Assembly: GCA_044440125.1 (NCBI GenBank)
Contig: JBITAJ010000021.1
Coordinates: 1 to 64,000, forward strand
Reading direction: 5' to 3'
DNA from: Sedimentisphaeraceae bacterium JB056
GTDB taxonomy: Bacteria; Planctomycetota; Phycisphaerae; Sedimentisphaerales; Sedimentisphaeraceae
DNA length: 64,000 bases
The notes under the pieces are model-generated. The model did not search any database. It worked only from the letters and a program-made list of their open reading frames with translations, and was not told the origin of the DNA. Below, piece by piece: positions 9,672-18,618 of this stretch. Numbering within the stretch: the first letter of the stretch is position 1; each line of letters begins with the position of its first letter. The position numbers and the translations under genes are program-made.

Positions 9672-11306
9672 TCATCTTACACTTTTTTTAACTCTGCTGT
9701 TCCAATCGGAACCGTCAAGAGGGAAAACTTCATTATCGTTAGCCCACTTATTCCACATTCCCACAAGCTGCATTTTTTTGTTATTGTATTTATCTGCAAG
9801 ATCGTAGATTTCAGTAGGATCTTCTTCAAGGTTATATAATTCCCACGGCATAATATAAGGCTCATCGGTAACTGAATTTGACACAAGTTTCCAACTGCCA
9901 GCCCTTACACCACGGTTGGCCTCATGTTCCCAATAGAGTGGCCTTTTTTCGATTTTGCCGCCCTTAAAAACCGGCAGCAGACTCATGCCGTCAATTTTTC
10001 CGGCATCTGCAGGTTTCAATCGACCGCCTGCCGCATCAACACAAGTAGGCAAAATATCAATTACATGACCAACCTCATCGCAATAGCCGCCGCGCCCAGC
10101 AGTTTTACCCGGCCACCTTACAATAAACGGGGCTATAATACCACCCTCATATATATTCTGCTTATAAAATCTGTACGGCGTATTACTTACATTTGCCCAG
10201 TTAGCACGATAGCTTTCATCCGACAGAGGGCTGCCTATTATTTCGGGCGTACCCTGCCCTGTAATTTCCGCACATCCGCCATTGTCAGAGAGAAACATAA
10301 TAAGCGTATTATCAAGCTCACCTGCAGAATTGAGCGTATCTAATATCTGCCCTATTCCGTTATCCATGCATTCGATCTGACCGGCATAAACAGCCATGCG
10401 TTTATCCCAGAGAACTCTTTCAACTTCCGGTATTTTATCCCAGTCAGGTATTTCAATACCGTTTCTCGGCGAAAGACTTTTAGGTGAAAGCTCTGCATCG
10501 ACATCGATTAAGCCTAACTTTTTCTGTCTTTCAAATCTCTCTTCACGCAAAACATCCCAGCCCTTAAGATATTTTCCAACATATTTTTCATAGTATTTTT
10601 CCGATACCTGAAGCGGCCTGTGAGGGGCATAATATGCCAGATACATAAAGAAGGGGCTTTCGCCTGCTTGCTTAAAATGATCCAGCAAGTAGCTATTAGC
10701 TTGCTCGGTTACGTTTTCGGTCATGTAAAACTCACCGTCAGGCGCTATAAAATCGTTGTCTCTGACCAGATCCCTTGGATCATAATAACTGCCGCTGCCC
10801 GAGAGATGGCCGTAGAAATGATCGAAACCTCTCTGAATCGGCCATGAAGACTTATCGCCGCCGGGATGTATATTGTCATCGCGGGTAACGTGCCATTTGC
10901 CGCACATGTAAGTTTTGTAACCACAGCCCTTTAGTGCATCAGCCACAGTAACACAATCATCACTTAATTCACCGGAATAACTTTCAGTGCCAAGATCTGC
11001 ACCAGTCATCCACCCCATTCCGACTTTATGAGAATACTGCCCGGTCAACAGCGAAGCCCGAGTGGGACAACATCTTGCCGCCGTATAGAAATTTCTAAAT
11101 CGAAGACCTTCTGCAGCAAGTCTGTCTATATTGGGAGTAGATATCTCGCCGCCATAGCATCCAAGATCTGAATACCCCATATCATCTGCCATTATGACCA
11201 CAATATTGGGTTTAGCCATTTTATGTTCGCCATATACCCTAAAAGTATTAGCACTCAAAAAAGCGGCCGGAATAATCTTCAAGAATGTTCTTCTATTCAA
11301 TTCCAT
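9672..11306 (-). CDS. Arylsulfatase (S1, Cys-type), Tat signal
   Basis: NRRTFLK; KPNIVVIMADDMG; CCPTRASLLTG; GKWH; SDNG. Confidence 0.95.
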   Translation of the reverse strand: MELNRRTFLKIIPAAFLSANTFRVYGEHKMAKPNIVVIMADDMGYSDLGCYGGEISTPNIDRLAAEGLRFRNFYTAARCCPTRASLLTGQYSHKVGMGWMTGADLGTESYSGELSDDCVTVADALKGCGYKTYMCGKWHVTRDDNIHPGGDKSSWPIQRGFDHFYGHLSGSGSYYDPRDLVRDNDFIAPDGEFYMTENVTEQANSYLLDHFKQAGESPFFMYLAYYAPHRPLQVSEKYYEKYVGKYLKGWDVLREERFERQKKLGLIDVDAELSPKSLSPRNGIEIPDWDKIPEVERVLWDKRMAVYAGQIECMDNGIGQILDTLNSAGELDNTLIMFLSDNGGCAEITGQGTPEIIGSPLSDESYRANWANVSNTPYRFYKQNIYEGGIIAPFIVRWPGKTAGRGGYCDEVGHVIDILPTCVDAAGGRLKPADAGKIDGMSLLPVFKGGKIEKRPLYWEHEANRGVRAGSWKLVSNSVTDEPYIMPWELYNLEEDPTEIYDLADKYNNKKMQLVGMWNKWANDNEVFPLDGSDWNSRVKKSVR

Positions 11307-11556
11307 AAAATATTATCTTAATACTTATCATAAACAAATAATCGTATTTTGATAATAAAGATGTTACCATCTTTGCTCATTTTAATCAATGGGTAGAAAA
11401 CAGTTTAACTTGTATAAATCACAGGTTCATATTCAGGCCCAATATTAACAGTCGAAACTCAGTAATAAAAGAAACTAAACCTTAAAGCCATTCAGACAAA
11501 CGCTTTAAAACAATAAAACATCAAACAAAACTTCTTTCATATAGTACTGAACCGTC

Positions 11557-12462
11557 TTATCGATAGAAAAATTGCCTGTATTTTGTAGGAGTGACGCCAA
11601 GTCTTTTTGTAAATGTTTTGGAGAAATGCGGCAAGTCACAGAAACCTGTCAGAAATGCTATTTCACTGAGACTCTTGCTTGAATCCATTAGAAATGTCTG
11701 GGCAAGTTCAACTCTTCTCTTCATTATATACTGAGTAGGCCTCATACCCATGATTTCATTAAATCTGTCGGAAAAATATGTTGGATTCTGATGAACTATC
11801 TTAGCAAGTTCATCAATATGTATATTGCGGCTTATATTCGTATCGATATATGCAAAAACATCTTTGAATTTCTCATTAAAATGCTCTAAATGGGCATTTA
11901 TATCACTCTGTGTTCGGAGTATAGGACAAAGAAGTAATTTTATTATCGCATCGCTTTCAACACTGTTAGCCAGTAGCTCGCTTTCCCTTATTTGATAATC
12001 ACTGTTGTAAATTCTCACGTAATTATCAAAATTCATATAATTAGCATCAATTATGCCCCTGTCAGGATTAAGATCTATGAGTCTTCTAAAAAGCTTAAGA
12101 TACCTTTCAGGATCTTTGAGCCTTAGATTATATTGATACATACTCATATTGAAAAGATCAAAACCATGAGTCAGCTCACAGACAAAATGCAGAAAATAAT
12201 GATCCATACTGTCTTCACATTCAATTGTATGGAAAGTGAATGGCGGAACCAAATGAAGAATACCGGCAGATAATTCATATCTTTGATTATGATGCGTTAT
12301 ATAACCCTTACCATTGGTAATAAGATAAAGGCGAGAAAATGGGCTGTTTAGATTTTTAAAATCCCACCACTTACCCACCTGGGTTGCATCTACCGCAACC
12401 AGCTCTGTTTTGAGACTGCTGAGAAATTGATTAATTAATTTCATATTGATCCATAAAAACAA
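11557..12462 (-). CDS. AraC-family transcriptional regulator
   Basis: N-terminal cupin-like domain; C-terminal double HTH (LSEIAFLTGFCDLPHFSKTF..GVTPTKYR). Start may be 12444. Confidence 0.92.
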   Translation of the reverse strand: MFLWINMKLINQFLSSLKTELVAVDATQVGKWWDFKNLNSPFSRLYLITNGKGYITHHNQRYELSAGILHLVPPFTFHTIECEDSMDHYFLHFVCELTHGFDLFNMSMYQYNLRLKDPERYLKLFRRLIDLNPDRGIIDANYMNFDNYVRIYNSDYQIRESELLANSVESDAIIKLLLCPILRTQSDINAHLEHFNEKFKDVFAYIDTNISRNIHIDELAKIVHQNPTYFSDRFNEIMGMRPTQYIMKRRVELAQTFLMDSSKSLSEIAFLTGFCDLPHFSKTFTKRLGVTPTKYRQFFYR

Positions 12463-12864
12463 TGACTACGTTTCTGACGATCGATTCTATGAAAAAATCA
12501 ATACCAATTCAACTTCTATTTTCATTTGCTACCCACATTAATTTAATATTCTTTTCTTGTTTCTTGCAATACTCAACAGCTAATCAACCACAGCAGACAT
12601 TTTCTGGAGATGATTAAATTAAAGAAAGAAACTGCCTTACAAGTATAGCTTAATCACAACAAACATGCTAATACATGCCAAAAAACAACAAGCTTCACAA
12701 AAGAATAAACTACTGAAAAACAAATATTATCCAGAATTTAATAATTATAAAATCACATAAAATCGAAAAGCTTGCCATATATTCTGTATGAATTTCAGAT
12801 CAATTTTGTATAATTCTGATTATAATAGGCGTATATTATGATTAAACTGACATTAACTTGAATA

Positions 12865-14031
12865 ATGATGAAAAACGATTCTTACAATATTGGCTTATTT
12901 ATAGACACTTCAAGAATTGTCGGAAGAGGTATTCTCCGTGGTTTTGCTAATTACAGCAAAATGCACAGCACATGGATGCTAAACCCAACATCGGTCAACA
13001 ACAAACACAAATTAAGTCTAAGCAATCTTAAGAAGTCTAATTATGATGCTCTGGTGATAGTTGAGCAAAATATTCCGGATGAAATCCATGATTTTATACA
13101 GTCTAACAATATACCCTCTGTAATTAAATGCGATTGCTGTGACATAAAATTAGCTTGCAATATAGTCAGTGATAATTTCAAGATAGGCTCTATGGCGGCA
13201 GACTACTTTCTTAAAAAAGGCTTCACAAATTTTGCTTATTGCGGCATATCAGAAACAAACTGGTCTGTAACCAGAAAAAACAAGTTTATAGAAAGCATTG
13301 TGGATGCTGGATTCGATAATAAAAATATATACTGTAAGGAATTCCCACGACATCTAACCACCGCAACACTGAGAAAAGCTGAATTATGGCTTGAAAAACT
13401 GCCAAAACCAATCGCACTGCTTGCTGATAATGATGAATTTGCCAGAAAAATCATCGATATCTGCAATCGAACCCACAAAATCAATGTTCCGTTTGATATT
13501 TCCGTACTTGGCATAGACAATGATGACCTTGTATGCGACATAAGCAATCCACCGATATCCAGTATAGCAAGAAACTTCAGTCAAGTCGGATTTGAAGCCG
13601 CCGAATGGATAGACGCCGCACTATCGATGGATTTTTTTGAAGCTAAAAATATAGTACTTGAACCAATAGAAATCATCACACGACAATCAACTGATATTTA
13701 CGCAACAGATGACGATAACATAAAAGCCGCCTTAGAATACATAAAGAAAAATGCCAACAAAGATATTACTGTTGATGATGTAGCAATAGAAACAGCTGTT
13801 TCCAGACGTTCTTTAGAAAGAAGATTCATGCAAGTTCTTCATACTACCATCAATCAGGAAATAAGGCGGGTTAGAAATGACTTAATAGCTCAATTTTTAG
13901 AGAACACCGATCTCTCGATATCAGAAATCGCAGACAAAATGGGCTTCAAGAGCAATAAACATATAGCAAGATATTTTGCATATACTAAGAACATCTCCCC
14001 TCTATCATATCGTAAAATTTCAAGATCTTGA
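12865..14031 (+). CDS. XylR-type regulator (periplasmic-binding-protein-like domain + AraC HTH)
   Basis: LPKPIALLADND, VPFDISVLGIDND, PPISSI, RQSTD, then an AraC HTH, the E. coli XylR architecture. Confidence 0.9.
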   Translation: MMKNDSYNIGLFIDTSRIVGRGILRGFANYSKMHSTWMLNPTSVNNKHKLSLSNLKKSNYDALVIVEQNIPDEIHDFIQSNNIPSVIKCDCCDIKLACNIVSDNFKIGSMAADYFLKKGFTNFAYCGISETNWSVTRKNKFIESIVDAGFDNKNIYCKEFPRHLTTATLRKAELWLEKLPKPIALLADNDEFARKIIDICNRTHKINVPFDISVLGIDNDDLVCDISNPPISSIARNFSQVGFEAAEWIDAALSMDFFEAKNIVLEPIEIITRQSTDIYATDDDNIKAALEYIKKNANKDITVDDVAIETAVSRRSLERRFMQVLHTTINQEIRRVRNDLIAQFLENTDLSISEIADKMGFKSNKHIARYFAYTKNISPLSYRKISRS

Positions 14032-14073
14032 CTTCCCTGTCGTATATTGGTGATTATTATCCGCATTGTGGAG

Positions 14074-14103
14074 TTTACAGTACCCCATAATTACCGATAT
14101 AAT
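14074..14103 (+). promoter_or_regulatory. Putative sigma70 promoter for uxaE
   Basis: TTTACA-18 nt-TATAAT; preceded by imperfect direct repeats 21 bp apart (TCGTATATTGG 14040, CCGCATTGTGG 14061). Confidence 0.45.
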
Positions 14104-14158
14104 AAGCATAATGTTATTTTAAATAGAATATACACATTGTCGTTAAGTGTATATCTTT

Positions 14159-14172
14159 GACGTGCGCACGTC
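14159..14172. promoter_or_regulatory. Perfect 14-bp palindrome GACGTGCGCACGTC, LacI-type operator candidate
   Basis: Central CG, upstream of uxaE; the core CGTGCGCA recurs at 14247-14254 directly before the ATG. Confidence 0.55.
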
Positions 14173-14254
14173 TTAAAAACAATACCAGCGTTTTAATCAA
14201 ATCGAATTAATACGCACTTAATTTGTAATTCTAATTATAGGAAAGCCGTGCGCA

Positions 14255-15499
14255 ATGAAATTACTGGAAAAATACTCATTTGGAATTGGTGACAGGTTTG
14301 GCCATCAGGCTGAAGCTCAATTACAAGCAATGATAGATATAGCCCAAGAAGGCATAGATGTCACTCCTGTCTGGAATAAATCATATCGTGAACACACTAC
14401 GATAAAAACAAAGCCTGAGGACACACGAACAGCTGCGGATAAAGCGATACAAACATCAGCCTGGAATAAATCATACTATTGCGACGCTGATCACATTTCA
14501 CTCAATAACGTTGAACTTTTCACAGATGCATGTGATTTTTTTACTATCGATGTTGCAGACTTCATTGGCCAGGCTGCTCCTGATAATGAAATTGAAGAAT
14601 TTTCAGCGAAATACTCTTCAATGGCAGGAGAATTAGCGATACCAGGTATTGATACATTGAAAATCACCAAAGATCAGATTAGACAAATTGCACGAAAAGT
14701 TCTTCTTGCCGTTAAAGAAGCCGGTAAAATTTATAAAAAGATTGTCAGCATTAAAGGTAAAGGCACTTTCATAACAGAAATATCAATGGATGAAACAGAT
14801 ATCCCGCAAAGCCCTGTTGAGATGCTTTTCATTCTAATAGCTATAGCAGAGCAAGATATTCCCGCCCAAACAATAGCACCAAGATTTACAGGGAGATTCA
14901 ACAAAGGCGTTGATTATGTTGGGGATGCGACCAAATTTGAGCAGGAATTTGAACAGGATGCAGCGGTAATACGCTACGCAGTCAACCAATTTAATTTGCC
15001 CAAAAATCTTAAACTAAGCGTTCACTCTGGAAGTGACAAGTTTTCAATCTACCCGGCTATAAATCGCACAATAAAGAAATATGATACCGGAATCCATGTC
15101 AAGACTGCCGGAACCTCATGGCTTGAAGAGATAATAGGCCTATCACGTGCCGGAGGCAAAGCATTTGACATGGCCAAAAGAATCTATAAAGAAGCTTACG
15201 AACGCTATGATGAACTTTGCAAACCTTATGCGGCAGTTATTGATATAAATCCATCAAAACTACCTACACCTTCGCAAATAGACAGCTATTCAAGTGAACT
15301 GTTCAGCATAGCCCTTGAACATAATCCAAAATGCCCGCAATACAACCCTGACTTGCGTCAGCTTATTCATGTAGGCTACAAGGTAGCCGCAGAACTTGGT
15401 TCAGAATATACAGATATGCTTAAAGAGAATAAAGACATAATATCCGAGTGTGTCAGAAAAAACATTCTTGAGAAGCATATTAAACCAATATTTTGCTAA
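14255..15499 (+). CDS. uxaE: Tagaturonate/fructuronate epimerase family protein
   Basis: SFGIGDRFG, DADHI, EISMDET, KLSVHSGSDKF, HVKTAGTSWLE. Confidence 0.85.
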   Translation: MKLLEKYSFGIGDRFGHQAEAQLQAMIDIAQEGIDVTPVWNKSYREHTTIKTKPEDTRTAADKAIQTSAWNKSYYCDADHISLNNVELFTDACDFFTIDVADFIGQAAPDNEIEEFSAKYSSMAGELAIPGIDTLKITKDQIRQIARKVLLAVKEAGKIYKKIVSIKGKGTFITEISMDETDIPQSPVEMLFILIAIAEQDIPAQTIAPRFTGRFNKGVDYVGDATKFEQEFEQDAAVIRYAVNQFNLPKNLKLSVHSGSDKFSIYPAINRTIKKYDTGIHVKTAGTSWLEEIIGLSRAGGKAFDMAKRIYKEAYERYDELCKPYAAVIDINPSKLPTPSQIDSYSSELFSIALEHNPKCPQYNPDLRQLIHVGYKVAAELGSEYTDMLKENKDIISECVRKNILEKHIKPIFC

Positions 15500-15524
15500 A
15501 CACATATAGACATTAAATATCAAA

Positions 15525-15565
15525 ACAGAGCCCCTGAAACACATTCTGAGCTTCAGGGGCTCTGT
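15525..15565. terminator. Bidirectional intrinsic terminator between convergent units
   Basis: ACAGAGCCCCTGAA...TTCAGGGGCTCTGT, perfect 14-bp inverted repeat with A/T flanks. Confidence 0.85.
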
Positions 15566-15572
15566 CTTATGA

Positions 15573-15791
15573 TTAATCATGGAACAAATCAAGGTAAACA
15601 AGATTAACAGCCGTTGATGATGTCAGTTTTACAGTAACAGTGTTATCACCATCCACAAAATCGCCTGAAGATACCGTAAAAGCTTTATACATATTATCAC
15701 TATCCCATTGCGGCATGTATCGCTCTGAGATATCAGTGGCGAAAACTGACTTCAAATCATTATTAATTTTGAGCAGTGAGATAAATTTTAG
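15573..15791 (-). pseudogene. Remnant resembling the C-terminal beta-sandwich of the GHL10-like paralog family
   Basis: LKINNDLKSVFATDISERY...YKAFTVSSGDFVDGDNTVTVKLTSSTAVNLVYLDLF matches the C-terminal domain of 15801.., 21584.. and 26905..; in-frame TAG at 15792-15794; no signal peptide. Confidence 0.6.
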
Positions 15792-15800
15792 CTATACTGT

Positions 15801-17417
15801 CTACTTGATAGCTAAATTTATATAATCTACCGTTGTCTTACCACCGGTTTTCATGATTATCTCAAATTCATTCACACCATCTTCAAGTATTTCCTTGGGA
15901 ACAATCCAGCCTCTATGTACACTTTCATCACCTAAAAGAGGACTGTAAGGATTGGGATACGGTTCACTTACATCTCCTGCTGGTTTTAATATGATGCCAT
16001 TAGCTTTCGCAGTAAAGACAGAATCCAGCAGATCATTTACTGCCTGCATTCTTAGCTTGCCGTCTGTTTTCCAACCACCTCTTGTCGGAGCCATATCCAT
16101 CTTAAAGTTCTGAGAATCTCCAGATTTATCAAACTTTAACAGCTTCTTTCTAAGCCAATTTTTTGCAAGTACATAATCCTGCGGCTGCTGAGCTACCCAA
16201 TCAGGATCTCCGATATGTTCAAAAATAAAGAATGGAGGTTCACTAAACGGACCTCTCTCACCATTACCATGCTCACGATAATACACAAAATTAAATGCCG
16301 AGATTCCTGCAGCTCCCCTGCTGTAGGCTAAATGTGCCGCAGTATAATACTGCTCAGGCGTTGTCCTCCTAAAGGTAAAACTATCATATCCCTTTGCTAC
16401 CGATTTCCCAACATATGTTGTATGACACATCTCTAAATATACGGGGTAATCAGGAATACGTTTCGCTATCTCACCAATATCCGAATCAAACACCGTAAAA
16501 TAATGAGGCGACAAGTTTACCATATCAACACCGGCTTTCGTCCATGCCGCAAGGTCTACTCCAAGCATGTCATGCATGTAGAGATAACATGGCACTCTTA
16601 CACAAAGCCATCTGTATTTACCATCACGTGAGGTTTTATCAAGCAACGACCTGACGGTTGCTATAAAGCCTGTCATTATCTTTCTTCGCTGAGCTGAGGT
16701 TGTTTTATCTAACTGAAACAAAGAAAAATGACGCATGAAATCCAACTCTAAACCTGCAATATCATAATTCTCACAAATTTCTCTCAACAGCTTAAATTTA
16801 TATGCCCGCACCTCTGAAACTGCCCAATTCTGAACATGTTCATCCCAGGACTTAACATCATCACCTATACGATATTCAGGATGTTCGGCATAGAATTTAC
16901 ATATAGCATGCGCTCCTGTTTTGTTTCCCTCCTTATTAATATTCTCAAGGTGATGCCCATCGTTCATCCTAAACGAAATAAAGGGTTTGAGATTATCTTT
17001 TCGGCACTTATCAACAAATACTTTAAGCGGGTCGCCTCCATACAGTACGTATTCCTGCTCTGGATACTTAGGAATATCCACTCCAAAATATTCCTTCCAC
17101 CATTCATAGTGTTCTGTCATAGGATAAACTTCACTCGGCCACCACGGTACCCAGCCATGCGCAGGTTGAAGCATATGAACCTGAATTCCTGTTCCAGCAG
17201 TCTCATCAACAGTTGCCTTCAATATATCAGGACTCCACTGCTGTCCTTTTTCATGATATGGACTGACGCAACTGCTTATATTTGTAAAATCATTACTGAA
17301 AAGCACCTTAAATGAAGCCTTAGGTCTTTGTGCCAAACAAATATTGCACAAAAACACAACTATAAATATAACGATTTTCATACCAGAAATTTCCGTCTGC
17401 TTGATAATATGACTCAT
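15801..17417 (-). CDS. Secreted putative glycoside hydrolase, GHL10/DUF187-like TIM barrel
   Basis: FSNDFTNI, PWWPS, SFRMNDGHH, GLELDFMR, AFNFVYYR. Start is 17417 (ATGA overlap) or 17381. Confidence 0.7.
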   Translation of the reverse strand: MSHIIKQTEISGMKIVIFIVVFLCNICLAQRPKASFKVLFSNDFTNISSCVSPYHEKGQQWSPDILKATVDETAGTGIQVHMLQPAHGWVPWWPSEVYPMTEHYEWWKEYFGVDIPKYPEQEYVLYGGDPLKVFVDKCRKDNLKPFISFRMNDGHHLENINKEGNKTGAHAICKFYAEHPEYRIGDDVKSWDEHVQNWAVSEVRAYKFKLLREICENYDIAGLELDFMRHFSLFQLDKTTSAQRRKIMTGFIATVRSLLDKTSRDGKYRWLCVRVPCYLYMHDMLGVDLAAWTKAGVDMVNLSPHYFTVFDSDIGEIAKRIPDYPVYLEMCHTTYVGKSVAKGYDSFTFRRTTPEQYYTAAHLAYSRGAAGISAFNFVYYREHGNGERGPFSEPPFFIFEHIGDPDWVAQQPQDYVLAKNWLRKKLLKFDKSGDSQNFKMDMAPTRGGWKTDGKLRMQAVNDLLDSVFTAKANGIILKPAGDVSEPYPNPYSPLLGDESVHRGWIVPKEILEDGVNEFEIIMKTGGKTTVDYINLAIK

Positions 17418-18616
17418 TCTTTCACACTTACTGCGCATTTATTTTCCCATACATTATATTCATTGTCAAATAGCCAGCCTTCAGAATCCATATTTACATC
17501 AATAACCGGCATATCTGAATTAATAAGCTCGGTCGTCTGCTGCCAATCCTTAATTCCCGATACGGCATCAAGAACCTGCACATTCTGATATCCAAGACAT
17601 ACTGCGTATTTCAATGACTGTTCTATTGACAGGCCTCTGATAAAACCGGCCAGTAATCCGGCAATCGAAGAATCACCGGAACCGGTAGCTGAAGCAAGGT
17701 TCTCTACTTTGTACGCCGGCACCCAAAGCTGACGCTCGGCCCAGTTTGAAACATCAGAAGGCTTTCCTGCTCCAAATCTCTGAATTCTATCTACTGAACC
17801 TGTCCTTATATAAAAACCTCTATGGCCTGATTTCAATGTTACCATACCCGCACCCATATTCAATATCTCATCAGCTATTGAAGTATATTTATCAGCAGAT
17901 ATAAAATCAATCAATTCAGCATTATCGTGTGCTGCTTTCATCTCTAAAAACTCGTCCGGATACAGCATATAAAATGTCTCTTCAATTGAAGGCACATATA
18001 TATCAACGTATGGCATAAGCTTTTCAAGAATATCACGCCATGGAGCCTTACCGGAATCAGACGCCGGATCAGGCAATGTCATATCACACGATGTAGTAGC
18101 TCCCGCTTCCTTGGCAATCCTGAATATTTTAACAAGTTCCTCGCCTCCTCTGCTGAACATTTCTTTCATAAGCGGAGGATAGCCAAAATGAAAATGCCTG
18201 CTTTTTCTGATCATTTCAACATCAAGATCTTCAGACGTAAACAAATCATTGGTACCGGGATTATGAAGGAATATTCTGTCTATTCCCGGAGGAGCTACAA
18301 CAATCGTATATGAGCTCGTACAATCCTGACGAATAGAAATACCATCAGCATTACCATTCTCACCAAGTATCTCTATCGCCATCTTACCAAACTTGTCATC
18401 ACCTACGCAGGAACAGAAACATACATTAAGTCCAAGCTTTTTAAGATTCAAACCTGTATTCGACACCGGCCCGCCCGTGCTTATTTTAGCCGAATTGACA
18501 TTAACCAATTTCCCCGGTCGCATTATAGAAGCGATATCTCTCTGCCCATTATCAGGGAACTGCGGTATTACATCAAGACACAGATGTCCTGCAATCATTA
18601 CATCATATTCACGCAT
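17414..18616 (-). CDS. PfkB-family carbohydrate kinase
   Basis: GGPVSNTG, VGDDKFG, ATGSGDS. ATG 18616; the track start is GTG 18619. Confidence 0.9.
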   Translation of the reverse strand: MREYDVMIAGHLCLDVIPQFPDNGQRDIASIMRPGKLVNVNSAKISTGGPVSNTGLNLKKLGLNVCFCSCVGDDKFGKMAIEILGENGNADGISIRQDCTSSYTIVVAPPGIDRIFLHNPGTNDLFTSEDLDVEMIRKSRHFHFGYPPLMKEMFSRGGEELVKIFRIAKEAGATTSCDMTLPDPASDSGKAPWRDILEKLMPYVDIYVPSIEETFYMLYPDEFLEMKAAHDNAELIDFISADKYTSIADEILNMGAGMVTLKSGHRGFYIRTGSVDRIQRFGAGKPSDVSNWAERQLWVPAYKVENLASATGSGDSSIAGLLAGFIRGLSIEQSLKYAVCLGYQNVQVLDAVSGIKDWQQTTELINSDMPVIDVNMDSEGWLFDNEYNVWENKCAVSVKE

Positions 18617-18618
18617 CA

